This document shows, piece after piece, positions 41,571 through 55,549 of a stretch of 64,000 bases of DNA. Location of the stretch: assembly GCF_001194135.2 (NCBI RefSeq), contig NC_068982.1:156108082-156172081 (forward strand), read 5' to 3'. The position numbers and the translations under genes were made by a program. Source of the DNA: Octopus bimaculoides. Lineage: Eukaryota. Numbering within the stretch: position 1 is the first letter of the stretch; the number at the start of each line of letters is the position of its first letter. Under the pieces are notes generated by a model. The model made no database searches. It was given only the letters and a program-made list of their open reading frames with translations, and was not told where the DNA came from.

Positions 41571-41890
41571 TGGTACTTTGTCAGTTATGACAATGAGTAT
41601 TCTAGTTGATCCGATCGATGGAACAGCCTGTTCGTGAAATTAACGTGAATGTGGCTGAGCACTCCACAGACACGTGTACCCTTAACGTAATTCTGAGGGA
41701 GATTCAGCGTGACAGATTGTAACAAGGCTTGCTCTTAGAAATGTAAGTACTACTCATTTTTGCTAGCTGAGTTGACTGCTGCAACGTGAAATAAAGTGTC
41801 TTGCTCAAGGACACAACGCGTCGCCGGAAATTGAACTCACGACCTTACGATCATGAACCGAATACCCTAATCTCTAAGCCACGCGCCTTT
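41571..41890 (-). mobile_element. tRNA/CORE-like SINE family C, full length
   Basis: Reverse complement of the 39866-40183 copy. Confidence 0.9.
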
Positions 41891-41998
41891 ATGCAGTCAA
41901 TAATCCTCCATTCGTTCGAGAGGAAGAATTGAGTATTTGAAGTTAGTAAGACCTCGATTTGAAGGTATTTGTCTTTCATCATTGTAAATTCTATGCAA

Positions 41999-42370
41999 TA
42001 GGCGTAGGAGTGGCTGTGTGGTAAGTAGCTTGCTTACGAACCTCATGGTTCTGGGTTCAGTCCTTGGGCAAGTGTCTTCTACTATAGCCTCGGGCCAACC
42101 AAAGCCTTGTGAGTGGATCTGGTAGACGGAAACTGAAAGAAGCCCGTCGTATATATGTATATATGTATATGTATGTGTGTATATGTTTGTGTGTCTGTGT
42201 TTGTCCCTCCAACATCGCTTGACAACCGATGCTTGGCGGTTCGGCAAAAGAGATCCGATAGAATAAATACTAGGCTTACAAAGAATAAATCCTGGGGTCG
42301 ATTTGCTCGACTAAAGGCGGTGCTCCAGCATGGCCACAGTCAAATGACTGAAACAAGTAAAAGAGTAATA
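41999..42370 (+). mobile_element. tRNA/CORE-like SINE family B (head, TA/TG microsatellite, tail)
   Basis: GGAGTGGCTGTGTGGTAAG...GGGTTCAGTCC...TTGGGCAAGTGTCTTC...GAAACTGAAAGAAGCCCGTCG, then (TA/TG)n, then GGGGTCGATTTGCTCGACTAAAGGCGGTGCTCCAGCATGGCC. Confidence 0.9.
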
Positions 42371-42914
42371 GATCCTAACCAAATGTTATGATCGATTATA
42401 CGGAAATCAGGGAGGAATGTTTGTCTTTCATAATGTGAAAAATATAAATAATACATATCAATAAAAAATGTGGGTGATTATACACCTGCCGCATATTTCT
42501 GCAGTCTGTAGAGCCTTGTGCCTAGAGTAGACAAGAATTAACTGCAGTCTCTGGGATGTCAGTAATGATGGCTCACGTGTTTTACTAAACTTTATGATAA
42601 TTACAATATTTTGGCTTGTACGTATGAATATTTGATTTTACCAATAGGAGTTACTGTTAAAACTTGTAGATGATGAAAGTTGCTAATGAGAGTATGAGGA
42701 TGTAAATAAAATACCAAAATAACAGGAAAAATTATAAAATTATAGTTATCACTCTCCAAATATACAGGATTGCTTACTTTTAATATGTACAATATGCCGT
42801 AGGTAGTAATTCACTTAGTTATTGTACATTATGTTATTTTTCTACAATAAATGGTCTACTTACAGTCACAAATGTTGTACATGTATATGCCTTCATAACT
42901 ACCAATATATATAT

Positions 42915-42946
<32 letters not shown>

Positions 42947-43945
42947 NNNNNNNNNNNNNNNNNNNNNNNNNNNNNNNNNNNNNNNNNNNNNNNNNNNNNN
43001 NNNNNNNNNNNNNNNNNNNNNNNNNNNNNNNNNNNNNNNNNNNNNNNNNNNNNNNNNNNNNNNNNNNNNNNNNNNNNNNNNNNNNNNNNNNNNNNNNNNN
43101 NNNNNNNNNNNNNNNNNNNNNNNNNNNNNNNNNNNNNNNNNNNNNNNNNNNNNNNNNNNNNNNNNNNNNNNNNNNNNNNNNNNNNNNNNNNNNNNNNNNN
43201 NNNNNNNNNNNNNNNNNNNNNNNNNNNNNNNNNNNNNNNNNNNNNNNNNNNNNNNNNNNNNNNNNNNNNNNNNNNNNNNNNNNNNNNNNNNNNNNNNNNN
43301 NNNNNNNNNNNNNNNNNNNNNNNNNNNNNNNNNNNNNNNNNNNNNNNNNNNNNNNNNNNNNNNNNNNNNNNNNNNNNNNNNNNNNNNNNNNNNNNNNNNN
43401 NNNNNNNNNNNNNNNNNNNNNNNNNNNNNNNNNNNNNNNNNNNNNNNNNNNNNNNNNNNNNNNNNNNNNNNNNNNNNNNNNNNNNNNNNNNNNNNNNNNN
43501 NNNNNNNNNNNNNNNNNNNNNNNNNNNNNNNNNNNNNNNNNNNNNNNNNNNNNNNNNNNNNNNNNNNNNNNNNNNNNNNNNNNNNNNNNNNNNNNNNNNN
43601 NNNNNNNNNNNNNNNNNNNNNNNNNNNNNNNNNNNNNNNNNNNNNNNNNNNNNNNNNNNNNNNNNNNNNNNNNNNNNNNNNNNNNNNNNNNNNNNNNNNN
43701 NNNNNNNNNNNNNNNNNNNNNNNNNNNNNNNNNNNNNNNNNNNNNNNNNNNNNNNNNNNNNNNNNNNNNNNNNNNNNNNNNNNNNNNNNNNNNNNNNNNN
43801 NNNNNNNNNNNNNNNNNNNNNNNNNNNNNNNNNNNNNNNNNNNNNNNNNNNNNNNNNNNNNNNNNNNNNNNNNNNNNNNNNNNNNNNNNNNNNNNNNNNN
43901 NNNNNNNNNNNNNNNNNNNNNNNNNNNNNNNNNNNNNNNNNNNNN

Positions 43946-43984
<39 letters not shown>

Positions 43985-44316
43985 TGGTTATAGAAATTGT
44001 TGATGTTGTTTAACCCCGAACCAACCCTGCTCAAGCAGACACATGAGCAAAACCATATCTAACCAGCCTGTTTTTATCTCCACGACTATATTGTTTTAAG
44101 TGTATTTCGCTTTATTTAAGACTGGACGGTAGAAATTGAAGGAGATTTGGCTGTTATTTCTCGCAGAGTGAATGATCGCGTAAAGCCTTCCATGTACTCT
44201 GGACTAGTCTGAGACAAAATGTTTGGGCATATTTAGGTACGCTCCTTTTCCATTCCAAGTTCCAATCTCACTTAGGTTGTTTTTTTTTGCTTTATTCTTC
44301 TGTACCGGGCAAATGT

Positions 44317-44672
44317 AGAGGCGCAATGGCCCAGTGGTTAGGGCAGCAAACTCGTGGTCATAGAATAACGGTTTCGATTCCCAGACCGGGCATTGTGAGT
44401 GTTTATTGAGCGAAAACACCTAAAGCTCCACAAGGCTCCGGCAGGGGATGGTGGCGAACCCTGCTGTACTCTTTCACCACAACTTTCTCTCACTCTTACT
44501 TCCTGTTTCTGTTGTGCCTATAATTCAAAGGGTCAGCCTTGTCACACTGTGTCACGCTGAATATCCCCGAGAACTACGTTAAGGGTACACGTGTCTGTGG
44601 AGTACTCAGCCACTTGCACGTTAATTTCACGTGCAGGCTGTTCCGTTAATCGGATCAACTGGAACCCACGAT
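44317..44672 (+). mobile_element. tRNA-SINE family D (distinct head and body, 3' tail shared with family C)
   Basis: A box TGGCCCAGTGG, B box GGTTTCGATTCCC; tail GTGTCACGCTGAAT...GAACTACGTTAAGGGTACACGTGTCTG...GGATCAACTGGAAC as in family C. Confidence 0.85.
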
Positions 44673-45353
44673 GCCTGTTACCAGGCAAATATTGGGGACA
44701 TTGTAATGGAATATTCCGCTCCTCCAAATGTCTAGCATTGTGTTTACATAAAAAAGTACTTGTCCAATAACAACTGTTAATGAAGTGACAGAATTGATAG
44801 AACTACTGATAAAATGTCTTGCGATTTTTAAGCATTTTGCCTGGCGTGTTAACGATTCTGCCAGCTGGTCTCCTTAGAGTATCTGATTATATTTGTAAGA
44901 AGGTTATAAAGGTGAGTATCTAAGCGGGAAATTTTCATATCAGATTGATAGCCTACGGAGATTTTTTTGCGACATATGGGACATATAGATTACCTTTGTT
45001 TTACTGCTTCAATATTAAAACAATAATTTTGTTGTACCTACAGGAAACAACTGTGACTATGGGCTGCGTAGGCCATGAAGAACGCTGAGATCGATTTGGA
45101 TGGTGTTCCTTTCAAACAACTGCAAGATAAGGACCTCTGGAAAACATGGACAGGGAACGTATTTTAAAGGATTTAAATAAAGTAACAATGGAAGAACTGG
45201 GAAAGTGGTTAATGGAGGGCCCAGAGGATGGAGAAATATAAATGACAATAAGAGTATAGACAAGTAAGTGGGATAGGACGGAGTGGAGTTGACATGAGAT
45301 CAGCCAGTTCCGAGAAGCAGTAACAAGTGAAGTAGCGGGTAAAGAAGTAGTGT

Positions 45354-45567
45354 TATTTCTTTACTACCTACAAGGGGCTACACGCAGAGGGGGCAAACAA
45401 GGACAGACAAACGGAATAAGTCGATTATATCGACTCCGGTGCGTAACTGGTACTTATTTAATCGACCCCGAAAGGATGAAAGGCAAAGTCGACCTCGGCG
45501 GAATTTGAACTCAGAACGTAGCGGCAGACGAAATACCGCTAAGCATTTCGCCCGGCGTGCTAACGTT
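45354..45567 (-). mobile_element. Family A SINE (long-tail variant) with a 14-bp target-site duplication
   Basis: TAAAGAAGTAGTGT occurs at 45340-45353 and 45576-45589; the body is near consensus. Confidence 0.9.
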
Positions 45568-47929
45568 AAAGAAGTTAAAGAAGTAGTGTGGAGAGATATA
45601 GACAGTACATCTATAAACCAGAGTGGAGTCTGATAGATTAAAAGAGAGGCCTAGTAATTTGATGTTCAAACCTATTTATGAGAAGAAGTGTTTCTTGGGA
45701 GATTGGTCAGATATTGTGGCTGATTGTTAAAAAAAAATACATATAATTAACTTGTTTCTAGTCAATCTTGTGTAAGCCATTCAAAGTAAAATAAGTCAAT
45801 AAAAAGAGTTGTTTCATGGGAAGGTGAGAAGGAAGAAATACTGTGAAATAAAAACATGGCTGTGTAATATATGAGCATGACAAGCATGACAAGAAATAAA
45901 TGAAAAACTACTATTCCTGGAATACAAACACAGTAATTTATATACAAATATTATTGCATATTTTTCTGAGTTCAAGCATTTGTCGCTAAGAGACTCCATT
46001 GACGAGAAAAATGGTCAGCAAGAAAAATATATCAGAAACTGAGAAGTAAGTAAATAAAAATAATATAAGTAATAATAGATAGCAATCATTGTTCTCACTT
46101 TTCCTGTCCCTTTGGAAAGCTAGTGATGACAAAAGTTAGATAGCCATCTATTTTCCTTGTGCGTATGTGTATATGTGTGCGTGGAAATGTCTGTGTGTAG
46201 CATGTGTGAACGTGTGGTCGGTATCAAGGTAGATGTTAAGAACAAATTACTGAAGATGGTAAATAATTCACTGAAAACATATATTAAGGTAGACATGCAC
46301 AAAATATATACAATCTTCTGGGATTTACCAACGTGTAAATACATTTATCTAGAAGACCGTAAGCATCAAACTGTTCTCTGACCGTGCATTACATTCTATC
46401 AGTTCAGTTACACATGTGCGAACTTTCAATTTACAGCTTCCAATTCTGATAGAGCGTAAGTTGTTTTGGTGTTATGCATGTTCAATCAAAGCCTCAATCC
46501 AACATTTGCTGTACCGCAGACGACCTACGTAATCTATCTTATCGTTTTTTTTTACCTTTTCTCCTACACTCTTTTTCACGTCTAATTTAATTTTTGGTAC
46601 AATACTATGTACACATATGAAAAAGTGTCAAATTTCGACGGCAGAAACAATTTACATAGAATGTTCTGTAACCTTGATTATCCATTACTCAATTTAAAAC
46701 TTACTGATATTAGCGACACAAAAGTTATAATTTCACTTCTTCAAGAAGGACAGGTATGGAGAAAAAAAAAAAAGACACAAAATAAGAGATGAAAACAAAA
46801 AACCCTAAATAGGCATGAAAATGTAAATAAATAAAAGAGTAAATAAGTTACAAGAGTGTTAGGTAGAGAAAAGAACATTTACTGTACTTCAATTAATAAT
46901 AGTAAAATTTGCAATCTTTAACAGTATAAGCAATTGTAAGGTGTAAGGTATTAAATAACAATGTTCAGGAAGAAAAAGACAAATGACACATTGGTCAGAC
47001 AAGTTGGCAGCAAACTCCTTTATCTGTGCATGTTTGATGAAAACACTTTGAATACTCATTATATTCTGTAAAGATCCACCGAACGAACGTGTACAATATA
47101 AAAGGGTTTCGAAGTAAATGTAACGTTATATTCAGATGCTAATCGGAAGTCAGCATCTCAGCAGGTGGGAAGCATAGAGTGCCGACCTCAATGCCATACA
47201 TTCTTATATTTCATGTTCTCAGTTCGAAATCTGCAGGTTTCTCTTTTTTGTTTTATTTTATGATCAATGGGTCTATAATGGAGTAGTAATCTAATTAATC
47301 ATACATCGAACCCGTTTTAATTATTGTCTGTTTTATTTTAAACTTTGTTTATTTAGTGTGGGGATAATTTGAAGGTGTGTTTGCTTACCTTTCTGTGGCT
47401 ACTGCTACAGCCACTGTAGTTAGCCTTTCTCTTTGCTACATCTAAGGCAGCTATCTTGCAATGCGTGTAAATATTACAAATGGCCGATTGCCAAAATATA
47501 AGAATAGAAATATATAAAGACAAGCGCTTCTTCTACCCTTGGTAATAGAGAATAGTTGCAAACAATGCGAAATATTTTGTTTGTAAAACAGGAAAAAATA
47601 AAAATTAAATCAAACATTTTCCAGAAGATAATTCTATCCCAAAAAATCACATTTCTTCGCACAGTTCTAACATAGACATCCATTCAGTTAGACATAAATA
47701 ATTATAAAAATAATTTCTTCTTTAGGCGCAAGGCTAGGAATCTTATATTGTCACCAGTTCTTGACTGGTATTTTATTTTATGAACCTGGATGAATGAAAA
47801 GCAAACCTGAACGATATTTGAACCTAGAACATAGAGAGCCGGAGAAATAATACAATGCATTTTGTTTAATGCTTCAATGATTTTCCCATTCCATTAGCGT
47901 AATGATTCTTTCTACTGTAGGCAGAAAGC

Positions 47930-48405
47930 TCGAAATTAATGGGGAGGGGATAGTCATTTACATAGACTACAGTACTCAACTGGTACTTATTTTGTCGACT
48001 CCGAAATGATGAAAGCAAAGTCAACCTCGGTAGTATTTGAACTACGAACGTAAAAGCAAACGAAATGCCCAAAGCATTTCATCCGGCGTTACTAGCTCTG
48101 TCAGCTTGCCGCCTTAATTCACAAGCACAATAACAATTTCTTACATAGGGAGAAGGCCAGAAATTTTGAGGGAAGAGGTTAATCCTTAACATGGACTTGA
48201 TTGATATTTTATTAACCACGGAAGCGTAAAAAGTAAAATTGCCCTCGGTATGATTTGAGCACAGAACGTAATAACAAGGTCGACTTTGCCTTCCAACCTT
48301 CCGAAGTCAATAAAATAAGCACCAGTTTCGCACTGGGGTCGATGTGATCGACTAGTGCCCCTCCCACAAAATTTCAGGCCTTGTGCCTATAGTAGAAAGA
48401 GTTAT
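47930..48405. mobile_element. Cluster of family A SINE fragments in both orientations
   Basis: Minus copy at about 47930-48117, a degenerate piece at about 48130-48260, and a plus 3' half at about 48277-48405. Confidence 0.75.
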
Positions 48406-51400
48406 TAGAAGGTGAGTTGTAATAGACTTTTGTTTCTACTTTTCCAGTGAAATTCTTCACTGATATCGAAAAGGTGAAAACAAGCAATGTTAATTCTCTA
48501 AATGAAGTATTAACAGTAACTGCACGATAAAGTGTAGTATATTGCCACTTAAGTGTGGCTGACCCCTAGGGGTGGATGTTACTGTTGCTTTTAGCCCCAG
48601 GAGGACATCTCCTCCAACTGGCTTATCGACACACTACTGTGTCCTGTTTGCCAAGGGAAGTTATCCCTCCCATCATGATCTGTAGCACGAACGGACCCGG
48701 GTTTCAGGGTTATTTCCCTTCGTCGGCGTTCGATAGCCACTGATCTTTGATGAGAGAGACAAAATCTTGGCAATCTTATATCTACTTTTCCAGTGAAATT
48801 CTTCACTGATATCNNNNNNNNNNNNNNNNNNNNNNNNNNNNNNNNNNNNNNNNNNNNNNNNNNNNNNNNNNNNNNNNNNNNNNNNNNNNNNNNNNNNNNN
48901 NNNNNNNNNNNNNNNNNNNNNNNNNNNNNNNNNNNNNNNNNNNNNNNNNNNNNNNNNNNNNNNNNNNNNNNNNNNNNNNNNNNNNNNNNNNNNNNNNNNN
49001 NNNNNNNNNNNNNNNNNNNNNNNNNNNNNNNNNNNNNNNNNNNNNNNNNNNNNNNNNNNNNNNNNNNNNNNNNNNNNNNNNNNNNNNNNNNNNNNNNNNN
49101 NNNNNNNNNNNNNNNNNNNNNNNNNNNNNNNNNNNNNNNNNNNNNNNNNNNNNNNNNNNNNNNNNNNNNNNNNNNNNNNNNNNNNNNNNNNNNNNNNNNN
49201 NNNNNNNNNNNNNNNNNNNNNNNNNNNNNNNNNNNNNNNNNNNNNNNNNNNNNNNNNNNNNNNNNNNNNNNNNNNNNNNNNNNNNNNNNNNNNNNNNNNN
49301 NNNNNNNNNNNNNNNNNNNNNNNNNNNNNNNNNNNNNATATATATATATATAAATACACGCACATGCTTAAATATTTATACATGTATACGTACGTATATA
49401 TGTGAATGTATGTACTTACATCCCCAAAATTTCCATCACATTAATCGTTCAAAATATAATTCGCGACATTTTATTTGAGTTACTTTTTAGCACCAAATAT
49501 TGTGTTCAAATTTTGGTACCAGGCCACCAAGTTCAGATCACGATGTATGTCGATTAAATGGACCCCAGTTCTCACATGGTACTTATTTTAGCGACACCTC
49601 GACAGAATTTGCACTCAGATCGTAAAGACGGACGAAACGCCGCTGAGCATTTTACCCGGCATGCTAACGATTCTGCCAGCTCGCCCTCTTTGTCAGCACC
49701 AAAATTAACGAAACTGTTGGAATATTTGACCAACAACAATAATAATTAATTTCGAAAAACTTGAGCAGGACAACAAAAATAAATGAATAAACGGTGGTGC
49801 ATCAGCATGGCCGCAGCTCTAAGCTGAAACTTAAAAAACAAAAAAAAACCGGAAAATATTCGCATAACATTAAACGAATTAAAGATAAGCATACAATAAA
49901 TACAAAGGGAGTCAATTTCATTGATTCCCTAATCTGATATGTCAGAGCCTATTCTAGCATTTCTATCCTGTAACTAGGGATTGTCTAACTTCGTTGGCTT
50001 GTATATGACGAGTCTGGTTACGGCCGGGAAATGTGGAGTAGGTTTTCATTGTTTTTGTATAATTCGTTAACGATTGAATAATTCGAAAGAATATTATCTT
50101 TAATTAGAAAAAAAGAAAGAATGATTAAAAGGTGGGCTAACATGTATGTAAATGTGTATGTCTTTATGCATTGAATATATAACCTATACAGTGTATGGTG
50201 TACGTTCTTCTTTCTCCGAAAGACTGTAACTTTTAGCTCTTCCCTTTCTCTCTCTTATACATTCGTCCGTCCATACATACATACATACATGTATGCATGC
50301 ATGCATACATACATACATACATGCATACATACGTACGTGCATAATTCGCACATACATATATAAATAATTATGCACACACAATTATTTATATGTATATGTA
50401 TACATACACATACACACATATATATATACATATCATTTCTCTCTCTCTATATGCATATATGTATGTATCCATGTATGAGTATAAACCTGTATAAAGTTAT
50501 TTATTTTGGTATGTGTCTCAGTGAGTGTAGCCATGTACATGCATGCGTAATTATATGAATTTGATAGAGTTGAACATATGTGAATAAGACTACTTCAGAG
50601 AATGTGCTAATAACTTCTCATATTGGCTTTTGGATAAAATCTTTTATTGATACAGGAGCTTCACTAGCTTCTCACTGATGCGTTACCTGCTTTCAACTAA
50701 TTGACATTCGTAATTAACTAATTTACTCACGTCGATATCAAATGAAAAGTGATTAGTATTATTATTATTATTTCAGTAACACCGTTCTCTTCAGAAGATA
50801 TGTATTTAACATATTTAACAGAGGCAAAACAGAAGAATCCGAGTGATTCAGTGAAGCAAATGTCAAACTGTTCAGACTCTCTCATTGATTTTTCTCATCT
50901 TTCTCTTCAAGGAAGTCTCCAAACATTCCTCGACTTTATCTATCTATGAGCATACATATATAAATATGTTTATGTGTGTGTCTGCTTACCTATGTATATA
51001 TNNNNNNNNNNNNNNNNNNNNNNNNNNNNNNNNNNNNNNNNNNNNNNNNNNNNNNNNNNNNNNNNNNNNNNNNNNNNNNNNNNNNNNNNNNNNNNNNNNN
51101 NNNNNNNNNNNNNNNNNNNNNNNNNNNNNNNNNNNNNNNNNNNNNNNNNNNNNNNNNNNNNNNNNNNNNNNNNNNNNNNNNNNNNNNNNNNNNNNNNNNN
51201 NNNNNNNNNNNNNNNNNNNNNNNNNNNNNNNNNNNNNNNNNNNNNNNNNNNNNNNNNNNNNNNNNNNNNNNNNNNNNNNNNNNNNNNNNNNNNNNNNNNN
51301 NNNNNNNNNNNNNNNNNNNNNNNNNNNNNNNNNNNNNNNNNNNNNNNNNNNNNNNNNNNNNNNNNNNNNNNNNNNNNNNNNNNNNNNNNNNNNNNNNNNN

Positions 51401-52557
51401 NNNNNNNNNNNNNNNNNNNNNNNNNNNNNNNNNNNNNNNNNNNNNNNNNNNNNNNNNNNNNNNNNNNNNNNATATATATATATATACATTCATTCTGGGC
51501 TTTGGAGGATTTTTTGATCAAAGCAGTGTTGCCGTTCTCGACATCGGCAAAGTTTTCGACTGTGTCTGTCATACGAATCTCTTAGCGAACTGTCTTCTCT
51601 CAGGTTTCCACTCGTCTCTTGACTCTTGGGTCAGCAGCTTTCTCTGAGATCGCGCTGTTCTCAACAGGCCTCTTTCTGACCGTCATTTTATCAACTCCGG
51701 TGTTCAGTGTTGTACCTCACTCACCTCTATTTATATACTCTATTTATATACCCATATCTTACTTTTCTTACAAAACCCAGTCTTACACTGATGGTGTTAC
51801 CCCTCATCCTTCCGCCTCATTCTCCAGCTATGCATTTTCTACTCTCAGCCTATTCCCTTCATGCGCAACCCACACTGACTCTATAAGCAGAGACCTTGAA
51901 AGTATGCTCTGATGAGCATATGCCAATGTTGTGAAGAAAACGAATACTACTCATCCCACTACGTCCCCTTAATCACCAGAAGAATTTAGGTGTGTCTTGC
52001 GTAAGCACACCCTTAATATAGTTATGGTCAAATCCCATCGAAAATCCCTTTTCTTCAGGGCCATTCCCCAACAATTATTCAAATAAGATTCAGGTTATTT
52101 ATGCTCACAATAAATTACTTCTCTCACATCTGGAGCGGTGTTTCTTCTGGTTGCCGAGTCAAACAGTTTAGATGGCTTAGATTGCGTCCAGAAAAGAACC
52201 GGTTAAATGATACGGCCTCTGAGCCACAAGTATGCTGTATTCTTTCACTAACTTTACAATTGTGTGTGTGCGTGCATATTAAAGTACATCTGGATTCTAT
52301 CAAAGTTTTCTTTTGTTGAAATCGCTTTAAATATTCTACAAATGTTTAGAAATATGATCAGATTTCTATAATCTCTAGAGATGATACAAATGTTAAGCTG
52401 TTAAGCAAGCTAAAGTGAAAGACAAGCCAATCTGTACTCGAATATAGTCCAAGTAGCTGACTATATGCTTTATGTACTATATAAAATTCACATCTAACTC
52501 CGCCAAGTTCTGTGTTGAATATTGACACAGTGTCTGTATGTATACGTATATTATGTA

Positions 52558-52775
52558 TTATCTTTTAATTGTTTCAGTCGTTAGTCTGCGGCGACGCTGG
52601 GACATTACTTTGAACAATTTTACTCGAACGAATCGCCCCTAATATTTATTTTTTGCTAAGCCTGCCACTTATTCATTGGCCTCTTTGTCGAACTGCTAAC
52701 GTGCAGGGAAGTAAACTCACGAAAACCGATTTTCTAGTGTTGGCGGAGGATAAACACAAATACAAAGACACGGCC
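52558..52775 (-). mobile_element. Family B SINE 3' half, degenerate
   Basis: Reverse complement of the family B tail (TGTTTCAGTCGTTAGTCTGCGGCGACGCTGGG...). Confidence 0.6.
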
Positions 52776-52806
52776 TGTACATACATACATACATACATAC
52801 ATACAT

Positions 52807-52931
<125 letters not shown>

Positions 52932-53149
52932 AGAAAGAAATGAAATGCAAGAGTCACAGAAAGTTTGTATGATAACATTTATGGTGATATTAGGATCATA
53001 TTACATCATTACATAATTACAAATTAAATAAGTACTGATTTCACGATCAACGATTGTCAACTTATATAGAGAAAACTTTTTTGCTGTCAGTAGGACGACA
53101 TCTTTGAAAAAAAGTAAAGAGATGAAGCAATATGTCAAGGGGAGCAACT

Positions 53150-54295
53150 CTTATTTTTTCACGAAGCTCTTCAGTGTTTTTGGCAAGCATGCAGTTACAG
53201 CAGTTATTTCATTTCTTTTACTTTGGGGCTTGTTGTAGAGGGGAATAATTTTGCATTAGTTAGCAGTTTTTTTAATGACTTAGGTTGTTTGTTGCTTTTG
53301 ACAATTTTAATGTCACGTAAAATTCTTTTTAGTTTTGGGTCCTTGTGTAGTATTGGTAGGTTTTTGTATGATTGTGTTGAATGCTTCTTTGTATCTGGGG
53401 TTGTATGTGGAAATGTAAGGTAGTGTTTTAAGGAGAGGTTTGTTAATATCTTTGGTTTTTCTTAATGTGTCGGTGTTGATAGATTTGGCACGTTTTATTC
53501 CACCATTAATGAGTTGGATTGGATAGTATCTCTCCAGGAGGACATTTTTCAGTTCTTGTAGTCTTAAATCTCTAGTTTTTGTTTTCTCTCTGAGACACTA
53601 GTGCAGATTATTCTTGCAAGTGTGAAGGGATGTTAGCTTTCGTGTGTCTAGGATGGCAAGAGCTAAAGAGAAGGTATTGTTTTGCATTTGTTGTTTTATA
53701 AAATATATCTGTTTCGATTTTGTTGTTTGTTTTTTTTAAATTAGAATGTCTAGGAATGGAAGTGCATCCTGGTTGTATTCCATTGTGAATCTGAATGCTT
53801 GTGTGGATGCTGTTCAGAAGTGTTTTAAATTCTAGGAGTTTGTTTAAGTTGTTATTCCAGAGTATGAAACAGTCATCTAAGAATCTCTTTCAATTCTCTT
53901 TAATGTATTGGGCGAGAGGGTCTCCAAATTTTCGCAGTGACTTCTGATATATTTTCTTCTCTAAGAATCCCATTGTGAGGTTGGCAATGGCAGGTGCTGC
54001 TCTCATGCCCATCGCAATTCCCGATATTTGGCGGTAGCAGTTGGTGTCAAAAATTAAATGATTATTCTGGAGAATGTATTTGATTGATTCAATGATGAAG
54101 GTTTTGTTTATTCGTTCTTGTATTTCCTCTAGATGTAGTTCTATTCAGAATCGAATCGCTTCCATTCCATAATCACGTGGAATGTTGGAGTATAGGTTTA
54201 TAACATCGAAGGAGACCATGAGGGATTCTTCCACGACCTGTTCTGGGAGATGGTTCAGCATGTCTAAATCATCTCTGATGTAGCTTCTAATATAT
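53150..54295 (-). mobile_element. Penelope-like element RT remnant
   Basis: SYIRDDLDML..LMVSFDVINLYSNIP, ILQNNHLIFD..YRQISGIAMG...AP..ANLTMGFLE, KRFLDDCF, FTME...LPFLDIL, KQYLLFSSCHPRH, LPYISTYNP; stops and frameshifts; breaks off near the Cys motif before the GIY-YIG domain. Confidence 0.9.
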
Positions 54296-54304
54296 ATATG
54301 AGGA

Positions 54305-54435
54305 GGGCTTCTTTCACTCTCGTCTACCAAATCCACTGACGAAGTTTAGAAGACACTTGCCCAAGGTGCCACGCAGTGGGACTGGATTCGGAACCACGTA
54401 GTTCGGAAGCAAACATTTTACCATGCATCCACACC
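54305..54435 (-). mobile_element. Family B SINE head abutting the Penelope remnant
   Basis: GTCCCACTGCGTGGCACCTTGGGCAAGTGTCTTC...GGATTTGGTAGACG on the minus strand. Confidence 0.85.
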
Positions 54436-54454
54436 TGTGTATATAAGTGTGTGT

Positions 54455-54494
<40 letters not shown>

Positions 54495-55240
54495 TTATGT
54501 GTCTCACTAGTAGAAAGACCAATGGGTAAATAGAAGTAAATTGTCCATACTTATATTCATTTTGTTGAAAAAACACGGAGCAGCGGCAGCGGCAACAACA
54601 ACAACAACATATAACATACCGATAATGAATAAATATATGCAAATATTGTTAAACTAATTGGAGAAAGTAATTGCTGAAAGTAATCTATCATGTTTGAAAA
54701 CGAAGCTGACATCAGATAATAAAAGAAAACAGGGAACAAATTTCCAATTTGCGTACGACATAGTAAATTACTTTTATTACATGTTTTCTCTACAACACCA
54801 GGTTGTTGTTCAATGTTGTTTAACCTGGGGGTCATCTATCATTAAAAAGACGTACGATCGAAGAATTCCAGATTTGACCATCCCGTTGTGTTTTCGAGTA
54901 TAGTGTGTCGAGGACTGCTTTATCTTAAGAGTTTTTTTCCCCATCCATTTTGTAACAGGCACAATAGAAAAAAAGACTACGAATTGGAAAAGTTACGTGG
55001 GCGTTGGTATTTTTTGTATATCTCTAGGCATTGAGTTCAAATCTTGCGAAGGTTAACTTTCGCTTTCGTTCTTTCGTGTTTAATAACTAAACAGCGAAGT
55101 CCTGCGATCGATTATGCTTTCTTTTCTCTTTTTCTCCTCTCTCAGATATGGCTATAGCCAGTAAGATGTTATACATGTACATACTTACATACATACATAA
55201 CACACACACAACATATATATGTTTAGTAGCTAAACATTTT

Positions 55241-55470
55241 AAGGCAGTGAGCTGACAAAATCGTTAGCACACCGGGCGAAATGCTTAGCGGTATTTCGTC
55301 TGCCGTTACGTTCTGAGTTCAAATTCCGCCAAGGTCGACTTTGCCTTTCATCCTTTCGGGGTCGATTAAATAAGTACCAGTTACGCACTGGGATCGATGT
55401 AATCGACTTAATCCCTTTGCCTGTCCTTGTTTGTCCCCTCTATGCTTAGCCCCCTGTAGGCAATAAAGTA
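55241..55470 (+). mobile_element. Family A SINE (long-tail variant), near consensus
   Basis: Full-length copy with B box GAGTTCAAATTCC and an AATAAA-containing tail. Confidence 0.92.
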
Positions 55471-55549
55471 CTACTATATACATACATGCTTATATATAAG
55501 AAGATGACACACATTTCGACGATTCTAATAAAAAACAAATATTTCTTTC

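Noticed and set aside
48435-48813. Exact 33-bp repeat (48435-48467 and 48781-48813)
   Set aside because: The second copy ends exactly at a gap edge and cannot be separated from misassembly.
51500-51920. GC-richer segment possibly derived from a TE
   Set aside because: No motif could be assigned on either strand.
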